NCBI GenBank assembly: GCA_963814375.1 | Contig: CAWFCQ010000007.1 | Span: 224,001-288,000 of the forward strand | Direction of reading: 5' to 3' | Length of the DNA: 64,000 bases | From: an uncultured Chloroflexia bacterium | GTDB lineage: Bacteria > Chloroflexota > Limnocylindria > QHBO01 | Part shown: one piece after another, positions 34,401 through 44,456 of the stretch | How the letters are laid out: the number at the start of each line of letters is the position of its first letter | Numbering within the stretch: the stretch's first letter is position 1 | Notes under the pieces: model-generated | Told to the model about the DNA's origin: nothing | Databases searched by the model: none | The model's input: only the letters and a program-made list of their open reading frames with translations | Translations under genes and position numbers: made by a program

Positions 34401-35732
34401 ATGACCGAGCCGCAGCACCCCGATTCCAAGTCCGTACTGCCGCTGTGGCAGCTCGTGACCCTGTCCGTCTACTGGTTCGGGATCGTCATCATCTGGGGCG
34501 GGCTGAACAAGATCATCCTGCCGGCGATGATCGAGGACCAGCCCGGCGGGTCCGAGAACCTCGGCATCCTGCTCGCGATCCTGGTAACGGTCGGGGTGAT
34601 CGCGCCGATCGTCATTCAGCCGACGGTCGGGATGATCAGCGACTACACGGTGACGCGCTGGGGCCGGCGCAAGCCGTACATCTTCGTCGGCGCCCTGCTG
34701 GATGTCGTATTCCTGCTCGGGATCGCCACCAGCCAGACGTACCTGGCGCTGGTCGCCTTCTACTTCCTGCTCCAGCTCAGCTCGAACTTCGCCCAGGGCC
34801 CGTTCCAGGGCTACGTGCCCGACCTCGTGCCGAAGCGGCAGGTCGGCCTGGCGAGCGGGCTGATGGGCACGATGATCGTGCTCGGGACGATCGCCGGCGT
34901 CGGGATCGCGACCTTCGGCGTCAACAGCGGCAACCTCTTCGTCGCCACCGTCGCATTGGGCGTGGTCGAGGTCGTGACGATGATCGTCCTGGTCACGACG
35001 GTCCGCGAGGGCACGGCCGCGCCCCGGCGCACCCAGTCGTGGCTCGGTGTCGCTCGCTCGGCATGGGCGACCGACATCCTGCACGAGTCGAGCGTGCTGT
35101 GGCTGCTGCTCGTCCGCCTGCTCTTCCTGGGCGCCTACGCCGCCACCTCGCTGGCCCTTCCCTACTTTCAGCGAGCGCACGGAATGACCGAGTCCGAGGC
35201 GAGCACCACGGTCTTCATCGGCACAGCGATCGTCGGCGTGATGACCGCGATCGCGGCCATCCCCGGTGCCAAGATCTCCGACCGGGTGGGGCGAAAGCCG
35301 GTCATCTGGGCCGCGGCGGTCATCGCGGGGATCGGCCTCCTCGGCGTGGGCCTGGCGCCGACGCCCACGATCGCGATCGCCGCGTTCGTGCCGTTCGGCA
35401 TCGGGATGGGCGCCTTCTTGTCGGTTGACTGGGCGCTGATGACCGATGTCATCCCAAAGCACACTTCGGGCCGCTACATGGGCATCCTCAACGCCGGCAC
35501 CGCCATGGCCGAGCCGGTCTTCCTGATCGTCGCTGGGCCGCTCGCGCTGGACCTCATGGGGCGCATCTTCGGCGAGCCCTTTGGTGCCCGCTCGACGATG
35601 ATCGTCGCGGTGCTCTTCCTCGTCGGCGCCGGGCTGGCGCTCTTCCGCGTGGATGCGCGTCGACGCGAGCGCGAGGACCTCGAGATCCAGCCCGGACACG
35701 AGCCTGCCGTGACCACCACGGCATCGGCCTGA
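34401..35732 (+). CDS. MFS transporter (SLC45/MFS_1-like)
   Basis: QPTVGMISD, WGRRKPY, SDRVGRK, VDWALMTD; about 12 TM. Confidence 0.88.
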   Translation: MTEPQHPDSKSVLPLWQLVTLSVYWFGIVIIWGGLNKIILPAMIEDQPGGSENLGILLAILVTVGVIAPIVIQPTVGMISDYTVTRWGRRKPYIFVGALLDVVFLLGIATSQTYLALVAFYFLLQLSSNFAQGPFQGYVPDLVPKRQVGLASGLMGTMIVLGTIAGVGIATFGVNSGNLFVATVALGVVEVVTMIVLVTTVREGTAAPRRTQSWLGVARSAWATDILHESSVLWLLLVRLLFLGAYAATSLALPYFQRAHGMTESEASTTVFIGTAIVGVMTAIAAIPGAKISDRVGRKPVIWAAAVIAGIGLLGVGLAPTPTIAIAAFVPFGIGMGAFLSVDWALMTDVIPKHTSGRYMGILNAGTAMAEPVFLIVAGPLALDLMGRIFGEPFGARSTMIVAVLFLVGAGLALFRVDARRREREDLEIQPGHEPAVTTTASA

Positions 35733-36463
35733 TGGCAGTCGGCGAGCGCGCCCGACGCACCGGGCCGCGCGAGCTGAGTGTCGAGGTGACCCCGCGCTAT
35801 CGGCTCATGTGGGGGTTCGTTCGCCTCGTCGTCAGGGGTCTCTTCGACGTCCGCGTCAGCGGGCTGGAGCACTGGCCGCCGCCACCCTTCCAGATCGTGG
35901 CCAACCATCACAACGGGTTCGATCCGCTGCTCGTGATCGCCACGGTCCCGGTGGAGCCGCGGATCACGTGGTTCGGGCCACGAGAGGCGGACTTCGGCCA
36001 CGGCTTCAAGAACCGGGTCATGGCCTTCTTCGGCGGGATGATCCCCTACAACCCGGAGAAGACGACGCTCACCAGCGCGGTGCGCGCCGTCCGGCGCGTC
36101 TTCGAGGCCGATGGCGTGCTGGGGATCTTCGCCGAGGGGCGGATCGGCTTCCGGGAGAACGAGCTGCTGCCGTTCGAGGAGGGTGCCGCCGCCTTCGCGG
36201 CCATGTCGGAGGTGCCGGTCGTGCCCTGCGCCGTGGTCGGCAGCACCGATCTGTGGTTCCGGCGCCGCATCGAGGTGCGGTTCGGCAAGCCCATCGCCAC
36301 CGACGGCGCGCGGGGTCGCGAGGGCCGGGCGGACCTCGAGCGGCGCATCCGTCTCGGCGTCGAGGCGCTGCTGCCCGCCGATGAGCCCAGGCTGCCGCGC
36401 CGGCGACCGCTTGCTTTCCTGACCGACGTGCTCAACGGAGCCGATGACATCGCTCGGCGCTAG
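35732..36463 (+). CDS. 1-acyl-sn-glycerol-3-phosphate acyltransferase (PlsC family)
   Basis: NHHNGFD (HX4D), IFAEG, VPVVP. Confidence 0.88.
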   Translation: MAVGERARRTGPRELSVEVTPRYRLMWGFVRLVVRGLFDVRVSGLEHWPPPPFQIVANHHNGFDPLLVIATVPVEPRITWFGPREADFGHGFKNRVMAFFGGMIPYNPEKTTLTSAVRAVRRVFEADGVLGIFAEGRIGFRENELLPFEEGAAAFAAMSEVPVVPCAVVGSTDLWFRRRIEVRFGKPIATDGARGREGRADLERRIRLGVEALLPADEPRLPRRRPLAFLTDVLNGADDIARR

Positions 36464-36475
36464 CATCGGGCAGGC

Positions 36476-36748
36476 ATGCTTCCCGTCATCTGGACGCTCT
36501 TCGTGGTGCTCGCCGTCGGCGGGTTCCTCATGATCGCCGCCTACTGGCTCGACGTGCAGGAGCGTCCCGACCTGGGTGTCCGCAGCCGAATCGGCTGGTC
36601 CGCGGCGGTCCTCGTCTTCCCGATCTCGATCCCCGCCTACGCCTTCGCCGGGGGGCCCGGCTGGCCCCTGGCGCTACGGATCGGCAGCATCGTCCCGGCG
36701 CTTGCGGTGATCCTGTTCGCCGGCTTCGTCAGCGGCGCATTCTCCTAG
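36476..36748 (+). CDS. Small membrane protein (3 TM)
   Basis: Hydrophobic 90-aa ORF with TAGCAT upstream. Confidence 0.65.
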   Translation: MLPVIWTLFVVLAVGGFLMIAAYWLDVQERPDLGVRSRIGWSAAVLVFPISIPAYAFAGGPGWPLALRIGSIVPALAVILFAGFVSGAFS

Positions 36749-37341
36749 TTCACCGCCGGCGGGTCTCGGCGGTCTCGACGGAAGGCGATGAATGAGACGC
36801 CGATGAGGGCAAGCACTCCGAGTCCTCCAGTGACCACCGGGCCCGGCACGTCGAAACCTGACTCCGAGCCCGCCGGGCTCGCGATCGGCTCGACGGGCAA
36901 AAGCGCCAACACCTCGTCCGCGCCGTCAGCGCCGAGCTGGTCCATGCGAATGTTCCCGTTGCACAACCAGGTGGTCAGTGCGGCGTCGCCGGGTGCCGCG
37001 GCCGCACTCACGAACCACCGCTCGCCGACGCCGAACGTGAACCCGCACGATGCACCACCACCGTCATCCAGGGCCTCGACATGGACCACATCACTGGATA
37101 TCGGCGCAGATGCTCGCTCGACATCGAATGCGTACCGCACCATCGGGGCGCCGGGGCCGAACGGCCCATCTCCCACCTCTTCCGCGTTGACCACCGTCCC
37201 TATGAACGCGAGCTCGGCCGCCTCGATGATCTGGGCCGGTCCGCCGGGATCCATGCAGCTGCAGGCCCTGGCAATGGAAAGAGGCACTGCGCTGAGGCCG
37301 ATTGCCAGCACCAGGGCGGCAAGCACACGGGCGATGATCAT
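36745..37341 (-). CDS. TIMP/NTR-like exported protein with C-terminal membrane anchor
   Basis: Signal peptide ARA|CSC, AFIGTV, ASCG, WLC, C-terminal TM followed by RRDRR. Confidence 0.65.
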   Translation of the reverse strand: MIIARVLAALVLAIGLSAVPLSIARACSCMDPGGPAQIIEAAELAFIGTVVNAEEVGDGPFGPGAPMVRYAFDVERASAPISSDVVHVEALDDGGGASCGFTFGVGERWFVSAAAAPGDAALTTWLCNGNIRMDQLGADGADEVLALLPVEPIASPAGSESGFDVPGPVVTGGLGVLALIGVSFIAFRRDRRDPPAVN

Positions 37342-37940
37342 GGAGTCCGCTCGCGGCCGAAGGCCCAGACGGACATGAAGACGAGGAGCCCGACGCCGAG
37401 GACGATCGGCGCGAGCTGACCGACCAAGGCGAGGAGTCCGTCACTCGCGGCGGGCGCGTCGGCAGGGGCGACCATTAGCGAGACCACCGCGTCGACCTCC
37501 GGGTCCACCCCATCGATCACCCTATTCGGCATGCAGCCGTTCGTCGCGAGCATGCCCCCCTCGAGTGTCGCCACCACCAGCCAGCGCTGGTCGGCGGTGA
37601 ACGTCATCCCGCAGTTCGCACCGTCATCCTGCGCGGCGGCGACGTTGAGCGTGGCTGGGGTCTCTGCGTCCCGCGACCGCTCCACCTGCCAGGCGTAGAC
37701 CACCGGCTCCCCGAGCACGTCGGGCCGTCCCACGCCTTTGGCATCCTCGGCCGGGAGTGGCGCGGGTTCGGTCCCCACCTCGACGAGGGTCCCCACGAAC
37801 GCGGCGTCCGCCGCCGCGACTGCCTCCGCCAGCGGCATCTCCGCGCAGCTGCATGCCGCAACACGCTCGATCGGGACAGCAAGCAGAACGAGCGCGAGGG
37901 AAAGGCCGGCGACCGCGCGGACCACGAGTCGGCCGATCAT
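37338..37940 (-). CDS. TIMP/NTR-like exported protein, tandem paralog
   Basis: Signal peptide VAA|CSC, AFVGTL, ANCG, NGC, C-terminal TM; ATGA overlap with the next copy. Confidence 0.65.
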   Translation of the reverse strand: MIGRLVVRAVAGLSLALVLLAVPIERVAACSCAEMPLAEAVAAADAAFVGTLVEVGTEPAPLPAEDAKGVGRPDVLGEPVVYAWQVERSRDAETPATLNVAAAQDDGANCGMTFTADQRWLVVATLEGGMLATNGCMPNRVIDGVDPEVDAVVSLMVAPADAPAASDGLLALVGQLAPIVLGVGLLVFMSVWAFGRERTP

Positions 37941-38035
37941 CTGCAAGGGTTTGCGTCGCGATTGATCGGCATGCCGCCGGGACGCCGCGGAGGCCTCCAA
38001 GGTTGCATCGGCCACATTCCCCTAACATCCGCGCA

Positions 38036-39472
38036 ATGACCAGTCAGACCGAAACCGCCCGCCTCACGGATGCGGCGATCTCCCATCTTCGCGCCAACGA
38101 GGCCGATCACCTCGCTCAGCTCGACGAGTTCCTGTCGATCGAGAGCGTCAGCGCCGACCACGAGCGTGCCTCCGAGGTTCGGCGCACGGCGGAGTGGATC
38201 GTCGACGAGATGACCCGCATCGGGATCGAGGATGCGACGCTTCACGAGACGTCCCACCACCCGATCGTGACCGGCGAGTGGATGAAGGCCGGTGAAAACG
38301 CTCCGACCGTGCTGGTCTATTGCCATTACGACGTGCAGCCCACGGACCCGCTCGACGAGTGGATCCGGCCGCCATTCGAGCCGAGGCACGAGGACGGGCG
38401 CATCTTCGCCCGCGGTGCCGGCGACGACAAGGGCCAGCTCTTCATGCACCTCAAGGTGGCCGAGTCGTGGCTGGCGACCGCCGGGCGCCTGCCTCTCAAC
38501 CTGCGCTTCTTCTTCGAGGGCGACGAGGAGGTCGGCTCAGAGCCGATCGAGGCGTTCATCGACGAGCATGCCGAGCTGCTGCGCGCCGACGTCTGCGTCG
38601 TCTCCGACGGCGACACGTTCGACGACGACGGCACCCCCGCCATCGGCTATGGGCTGCGCGGAATCGCCTACTGGGAGGTGCGCGTCCAGGGCCCCCGCCA
38701 CGACGTGCACTCCGGGCAGTACGGCGGCGGCATCGACAACCCGGCCAACGTGCTCGTTCGGATGCTGGCCTCTCTGACCGACGACGACGGGCGCTTCGCC
38801 GTCCCGGGCTTCTACGACCGTGTCCGCGACCTGACCGAGGACGAGCACGCGGCATACGCCAGCCTGCCGTTCGACGAGCGGGCGTGGACGGACGAGACCG
38901 GCGTGCCGGCACCGATGGAGGGGGAGCGCGGCCACACGTTGCTCGAGCGGCTTTCTGCGCGGCCGACGTTCGATATCAACGGCATCTGGGGCGGCTACAC
39001 GGGCGAGGGCGCCAAGACGATCATTCCCGCCTGGGCTTCGGCCAAGATCTCGACCCGCCTGGTCCCCGACCAGGACTACCGCGAGGTCGAGCAGCTGGTG
39101 AAGTCCCATTTCGAATCGATCGCTCCGCCGACCGTCAGCGTCGAGGTTCGGATCATCCATGGCGGCGCGCCGGCCATCACACCTCTCGACCATCCGGGCA
39201 TCGGCCCGGCGTCGCGGGCGCTCGAGCTCGGATTCGGCAAGCCTCCGCTCTTCCAGCGCTCGGGTGGATCGGTGCCGGTGGTCGCTGCGCTCGACGCCCA
39301 CCTCGGGCTCACGACGCTGATGGTCGGGTTCGCCAACCCGACCGGCAACTTCCACGCGCCGAACGAGTGGATGAGCCTCAGCAATATTCGCGACGGCATG
39401 GCCTCGCTGGTCCACCTCTGGTCCGAGCTGGGAGCGATGAGCTCGGCCGAGCTCCGCGGCGAGGACGCCTGA
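38036..39472 (+). CDS. M20-family dipeptidase
   Basis: HYDVQP, RGAGDDKGQ, EGDEEVGS, HSGQYGG, GGSVP, HAPNE. Confidence 0.92.
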   Translation: MTSQTETARLTDAAISHLRANEADHLAQLDEFLSIESVSADHERASEVRRTAEWIVDEMTRIGIEDATLHETSHHPIVTGEWMKAGENAPTVLVYCHYDVQPTDPLDEWIRPPFEPRHEDGRIFARGAGDDKGQLFMHLKVAESWLATAGRLPLNLRFFFEGDEEVGSEPIEAFIDEHAELLRADVCVVSDGDTFDDDGTPAIGYGLRGIAYWEVRVQGPRHDVHSGQYGGGIDNPANVLVRMLASLTDDDGRFAVPGFYDRVRDLTEDEHAAYASLPFDERAWTDETGVPAPMEGERGHTLLERLSARPTFDINGIWGGYTGEGAKTIIPAWASAKISTRLVPDQDYREVEQLVKSHFESIAPPTVSVEVRIIHGGAPAITPLDHPGIGPASRALELGFGKPPLFQRSGGSVPVVAALDAHLGLTTLMVGFANPTGNFHAPNEWMSLSNIRDGMASLVHLWSELGAMSSAELRGEDA

Positions 39473-39482
39473 CCGAATCGGA

Positions 39483-40145
39483 ATGGCCCCCCGCGCGACC
39501 CCTCCACCCGCACACGATCCGGACGACCCGTGGCTCGCGCTGGGCGCGGCTTCGCGCCTCGTCGGGGTCGGCCCGGACACGATGCGGCGCTGGGCGGACA
39601 CCGGAACGGTGACGAGCTACCAGACCCCGGGCGGCCATCGGCGCTTCCTGCGCTCGAGCCTCGAGGCCATGATCAACGCCCCGCGCAGGCAGCGGTATGG
39701 CGTCGAGCAGCTGCCGAGCTCGACGCAGACCATGGCCGGCGAGCTGCATCGGCGCATGGAGCGAACCGGCTACGCCGGTCAGCCGTGGCAGGCCAGGCTG
39801 TCTGCCCAGCAGCGCGACGAGTTTCGTCGATGGGGTCAGCGCACCTTCACGCTGGTGATCGACTATGTCGCGGCCTCGAAGCGTGCCGAGCGCCAGCTGC
39901 TGCTCGAGGAGGCGGAGAAGATGGGCAGCCTGTATGGCGCGGAGGCATCGCGAGCCGGCCTCTCGCTGGCCGAGACGGTCGAGGCGTTTCTCTTCTTCCG
40001 CTCGCCGGTGCTCGACGCGATCGTCGGTCACCTGCGGCGCCGCTCGGCCGATGTCGCGGATGTGACCGCCGCCTTCCACGAGGCGAACGCCGCGATCGAC
40101 CAGGTGCTGACCGCCCTCGTCAGCTCCCACCGAGACAGTCGCTAG
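39483..40145 (+). CDS. MerR/excisionase-like HTH regulator with helical C-terminal domain
   Basis: WLALGAASRLVGVGPDTMRRWADTG...TPGGHRRF. Confidence 0.8.
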   Translation: MAPRATPPPAHDPDDPWLALGAASRLVGVGPDTMRRWADTGTVTSYQTPGGHRRFLRSSLEAMINAPRRQRYGVEQLPSSTQTMAGELHRRMERTGYAGQPWQARLSAQQRDEFRRWGQRTFTLVIDYVAASKRAERQLLLEEAEKMGSLYGAEASRAGLSLAETVEAFLFFRSPVLDAIVGHLRRRSADVADVTAAFHEANAAIDQVLTALVSSHRDSR

Positions 40146-40148
40146 GGA

Positions 40149-41261
40149 TTACTCGACGATGTACAGCTCTGTGCTGGTGGTGTTGAGACGCTCGCCGCCC
40201 GACTCGGTGCAGATGACGATGTCCTCGATGCGCGCGCCCCACGTGTCGCGGATGTATATCCCCGGCTCGATGCTGAAGGCGTTGCCCGCGACCAGCGGCT
40301 CCGGATTCGAGGCGACGATGTACGGCTCCTCGTGGGTCTCGAGGCCGATGCCGTGACCGGTGCGATGCAGGAAGGCTTCGCCGTACCCGGCCTCGCTGAT
40401 GATGTCGCGCGCCACCGCATCGAGGTCGGCGGCCGTGATCCCCGGTCGCACCGCTTCGCACGCCGCGGTCTGGGCATCTCGCAGGACCGCGTACAGCGCG
40501 GAGAAGTCGGGCGGCGGCTCGCCGACGAAGGCCGTTCGCGACGTGTCGCTGGCATAGCCGGCCCGAGATCCGCCGATGTCGAGGACGAGGGCATCCCCGG
40601 CATCGATCGTGCGGTCGCCGGGCTCGTGATGCGGACTGGCGGCGTTTGGACCGGAGGCGACGATCGCGAAGCCCGCATCGTCATGTCCGGCATCGAGCAG
40701 CAGCTCGCGAATCCGCCGGCCGACTTGCGCCTCGGTCCGCCCCGTGAAGCTCTCGGCGGTGATCGCCAGCATCGCCTCGTCGGCGGCAGCCGCAGCGGCG
40801 CGGAGCCGCTCGATCTCCTCCGGAGACTTCACGCTCCGAAGCTGCGCCATCGTCGGGCCGGCCGGGATCATCTCGGCGGGGTCCAGCGCGGCCCGCAGCC
40901 GGAGCGCGAACCGCGCCCACATCTGATCCTGCACGGCCACGCGCAGGACCGAGCCGACCAGCGCCTGGACGACGCGGATCGGGTCCTCGGTCTCGTCCCA
41001 GGCGATGATCTCGAGCTCGCGCGCCATCTCGCCCAGCGCATGGCGGGCCAGCGGCTCCTCGAGCCGCGGCAGCACGATCGCCGGCGCACCGTCGGACGGA
41101 ATGACAAGGCACGTGAGCCGCTCGAGCGCCGGGGCGTGATAGCCGAGCAGGTAGGCGTAGTCGGGAGAGGGCGTGATCAGCAGAGCGTCGACCCCTCGCT
41201 CGCCCGCGGCGGCGGCGGCGGCGCGCAGTCTCCCGAGGTGGACCGATGGCGGGAAGCTCAT
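40149..41261 (-). CDS. Xaa-Pro dipeptidase (M24B)
   Basis: VKSPEEI, SPHH, LDIG, YASDTSRT, HRTGHGIG, SIEPGIY, GARIED. Confidence 0.92.
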   Translation of the reverse strand: MSFPPSVHLGRLRAAAAAAGERGVDALLITPSPDYAYLLGYHAPALERLTCLVIPSDGAPAIVLPRLEEPLARHALGEMARELEIIAWDETEDPIRVVQALVGSVLRVAVQDQMWARFALRLRAALDPAEMIPAGPTMAQLRSVKSPEEIERLRAAAAAADEAMLAITAESFTGRTEAQVGRRIRELLLDAGHDDAGFAIVASGPNAASPHHEPGDRTIDAGDALVLDIGGSRAGYASDTSRTAFVGEPPPDFSALYAVLRDAQTAACEAVRPGITAADLDAVARDIISEAGYGEAFLHRTGHGIGLETHEEPYIVASNPEPLVAGNAFSIEPGIYIRDTWGARIEDIVICTESGGERLNTTSTELYIVE

Positions 41262-41383
41262 CGGTTGGAGCCTAGTCCATCGGTTCGAGGCGCGCAGCAG
41301 CGAAGGAGCCATCGCCGCCGCTCGCGGGCGCGGGTACACTGCTCGCTGCGATTCGTCCTACGTCGTCATACACGGAGCAACCG

Positions 41384-44300
41384 TTGCGATCGAGCCGATT
41401 GACGGGTCGACTGGCGATCGTCGCCCTCGCGATCCTCATGGTCTGCAGCACCCTCGCGCTGCCCCGCGAGACGGTGGCCGCCGATCCTGCCGCGCAGGCC
41501 GCAGCCGAGCTGGCCGCGGAGCACGGCGGCGCCGCGTCCGATTACACCCTCGTCTACGAGCGCGACGCTGCGGTTCGCGGCAGCGACGAAACGCTGTGGG
41601 TCGGCAAGCTGGCTGACGCGAATGGCAACCTGTTCACCGTCTACCGCGATGCGGGCGGGCGCATGGGCGACACCGCGCTCTTCGACGATCGCGTGCGCCA
41701 TCAGAGCGAATCGCTTCCACCCCTGACCGCCAAGGCCGATGACGCCCTTCGCTCGCGTATCGCCGGCTCTGAGGCGGACGAATCGGTTCCGGTCGCGGTA
41801 TGGATGACCGCGGACGCGAGCGCCGCCGTGGCCGCCGTGGCGGCCGCCCATCCCGAGGTTCAGTGGATCGAGGGCAGCCCGGTCGTGCCCGATCTCGAGA
41901 CGGCCCGGGCGCTGCGCGGCGAGCTGTACGAGGCGCGCGCTTCGGTCTATCGGGCCGCCGCGGATGCGCTGCGGCCCGAGATCGAACGGCTCGGAGGAAC
42001 CGTGGCGTACGCGAGCCCGTCGGCACCGATCGCCTTTGTAGACCTCCCCGCCGGCGCGACCGATGAGCTGGCCGCGCTCCCGGGCATCGAGACGCTCGGC
42101 CTCGAGCGCACGTGGACGCCGGTGATGTCGACGGCTGGACCGACGGTGGACGCGAACTGGACCTCCGGCAGCGGGGACCAGGGAAGCGGCGTGCGCGTCG
42201 CCGTTGTCGAGTATCACAACGTCCGCGAGACCGGGAACCTGGCCGGGAAGGTCGTCGCGGCGCACAGCGCCACCGGCACGCTCGCGTATACCGGCGGCGG
42301 GACCTTCGATCATCCGACCTGGGTTGCGGGCGCCATCGCGGGCAGCGGCTCGTATCCCGGCGTCGCGCCAGGCTCGCGGATCGTCAGCGCCGGGACTGGT
42401 GGAGGGGCGGCCGGGCTGACCCGCGACCGCCGGGTCATCGCCACGACCGACTGGGCAATCTCGCCCAGCGGCGGCGACGCCGACATCGTGAGCCTGAGCC
42501 TCATCCAGGACACGACCACGGGGGCGGAGGAGGCGCGTCGCTACTTCGACTCGGTCGTCGACGAGGACCTGCGCCTCGTGGTGGCCGCTTCGGGCAACCT
42601 CTCCGCCGCCGGGACATGGAGCGTCGGCTCCCCCGGGACCGGCTGGAACGTTCTGACCGTCGGCGGGAACGACGACCGCAACACCGCGAGCCGCCACGAC
42701 GACCGAATCTGGTACGTGCCCGGCAGCAACGGAAGCTCGTACGTCGACCCGCCCGGAACGAGCTGGAATGCGCATGGCGACTTCAACAAGCCGAACCTGT
42801 CCGCGCCGGCGGTCGGCGTGCGCACCTCGAACGGGCTCGCCGCCACCGGCACCAGCGTGGCGACGCCGATCGTGAGCGGCATCGCGGCGCAGCTGCTGGC
42901 GCGCGTGCCCGGGCTCGCCGCCTGGCCGGAAGCGACGCGCGCCATCCTCATGGCCGGGGCCATCTACCACTTCCGCATGCCGAACGGCGGCTACAGCGCC
43001 GACCACGAGGGAACCGGCTCAGCATCGGCGCTCTGGTCGAACCGCCTCCTCGTTGCCGGTGACGGGACGTACGGCGGATATCGGCTCGGCTCGATGGGCG
43101 GGACGTTCAGCCAGGCCATCCAGGTCCGGAGCGGCCAACGGGTGCGCGTGGCGGTGAGCTGGAACAGCCGGACCAGCGGTTCGAGCAACCTCGCCAAGAC
43201 GGACACCCTGGCGTCCGACCTCGACCTTCGTCTACGCCTCCCGAACGGATCGGTCGTCGGATCGTTCACCTTCGACAACACGTACGAGGTGGTCGACATC
43301 GTCTCGCCGACTTCCGGGACGGCGACGATCGAGGTGGTCGGCACTCGCGTCGCCAGCGGCGGCGAGCGCTATGGGCTGGCGTGGGCCAAGATCGGCGGCG
43401 ACATCGCCCCGCCCCGCGTCGTCTATCGGGCGCCCGAGTCCGGGGAGCCGTTCGCAGCCTCCACGGTCCACCCGACCATCACATTCTCCGAACAGGTCAC
43501 CGGGATCACACCCGCCAACGTGAGCCTGACGTCACTCAGCGGGGGCCCGCAGATTCCGGCAGTGCTTGCCTACTCGTCTGCATCTCGCCGGGTGACCGTC
43601 ACGCCAAACAACCCCTTGCCGCCCGGCCAGTACCGCCTCGCGCTCTCGAGCGGCATTCGTGACCTCGCGACCAACGCGCTGGGCGCGCAGAGCTGGACCT
43701 TCCGAGTGATTACCAGCGCGGGCCCCTGGTCGACCGTCCTCTCGCCGGCTCGTCGGGTCAGCTTCGCCGCCGGAACGCACACCGGCTATCGATTCGGTGC
43801 CGATGGCGACGTCGTGGGGAGCCGCACCCTCACGCTTGGGGCGGCCTCGGGAGCCAACGCCGACAGGCGCGCGCTGATCGCCGAGCAGCCGGGCCGTTGG
43901 CTGCGCATCACGAACGGCGCCTGGGCCGGCTACTGGATTCGCGAGTCGACGCGGGCGCGCATCGGGGGGTCGGTCGCGAGCCAGGCGCTGGCCGCCACTA
44001 CCCGGGTGACCTTCACCTCAGGAACGCACACGGGCTATCGCTTCAACTCCGCCGGCGGGATCGTGCGCAGGCTGACCGTGACGCTGGCGAGCACGTCCGG
44101 CGCGAACACCTCGGCGCGCGCCGTGATCAACGGCGTTTACTACCACTACATGACGAACGGGCTGTGGGCGGGCTACTGGATGCCGGAAACGGCGAGCTCC
44201 TACGTCGCCGGCGTGCGCGACCACCGCGACCTCGATGGCGCAATCGTCCGCTTCTCTGCCGGATCCCACAGCGGCCGAAGGTTCGCCACGAGCGGAGCGA

Positions 44301-44452
44301 TCCTCGCAACTCGGACGGGCTCCCTATCCAGCGCGTCCTCAGCACCGGCGATCGCGTGGGCGGTGGTGAACGGCGCGCCACGTTTCCTCATCGGATCCGG
44401 GTACTGGTCCGGCACCTGGGTAACGGAATCCTCTGCAGTCCGATCTCCCTGA
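41384..44452 (+). CDS. Secreted S8 subtilase with Ig-like domain and three C-terminal repeats
   Basis: Signal peptide; DHPTWVAG, ASGN, NKPNLSAP, GTSVATP; DLDL; ITFSE Ig-like segment. Confidence 0.85.
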   Translation: MRSSRLTGRLAIVALAILMVCSTLALPRETVAADPAAQAAAELAAEHGGAASDYTLVYERDAAVRGSDETLWVGKLADANGNLFTVYRDAGGRMGDTALFDDRVRHQSESLPPLTAKADDALRSRIAGSEADESVPVAVWMTADASAAVAAVAAAHPEVQWIEGSPVVPDLETARALRGELYEARASVYRAAADALRPEIERLGGTVAYASPSAPIAFVDLPAGATDELAALPGIETLGLERTWTPVMSTAGPTVDANWTSGSGDQGSGVRVAVVEYHNVRETGNLAGKVVAAHSATGTLAYTGGGTFDHPTWVAGAIAGSGSYPGVAPGSRIVSAGTGGGAAGLTRDRRVIATTDWAISPSGGDADIVSLSLIQDTTTGAEEARRYFDSVVDEDLRLVVAASGNLSAAGTWSVGSPGTGWNVLTVGGNDDRNTASRHDDRIWYVPGSNGSSYVDPPGTSWNAHGDFNKPNLSAPAVGVRTSNGLAATGTSVATPIVSGIAAQLLARVPGLAAWPEATRAILMAGAIYHFRMPNGGYSADHEGTGSASALWSNRLLVAGDGTYGGYRLGSMGGTFSQAIQVRSGQRVRVAVSWNSRTSGSSNLAKTDTLASDLDLRLRLPNGSVVGSFTFDNTYEVVDIVSPTSGTATIEVVGTRVASGGERYGLAWAKIGGDIAPPRVVYRAPESGEPFAASTVHPTITFSEQVTGITPANVSLTSLSGGPQIPAVLAYSSASRRVTVTPNNPLPPGQYRLALSSGIRDLATNALGAQSWTFRVITSAGPWSTVLSPARRVSFAAGTHTGYRFGADGDVVGSRTLTLGAASGANADRRALIAEQPGRWLRITNGAWAGYWIRESTRARIGGSVASQALAATTRVTFTSGTHTGYRFNSAGGIVRRLTVTLASTSGANTSARAVINGVYYHYMTNGLWAGYWMPETASSYVAGVRDHRDLDGAIVRFSAGSHSGRRFATSGAILATRTGSLSSASSAPAIAWAVVNGAPRFLIGSGYWSGTWVTESSAVRSP
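43751..44431 (+). repeat. Three roughly 65-aa protein-level repeats in the subtilase tail
   Basis: Pattern V-x-F-x-x-G-[TS]-H-[TS]-G-x-R-F...G-x-W-[AS]-G-x-W-x-x-E-[ST] starting near 43751, 44000 and 44240. Confidence 0.85.
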
Positions 44453-44456
44453 GCCG

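Noticed and set aside
39483-40145. Excisionase indicating a prophage
   Set aside because: The HTH is fused to a helical domain among housekeeping genes, with no phage genes nearby; better read as a regulator.
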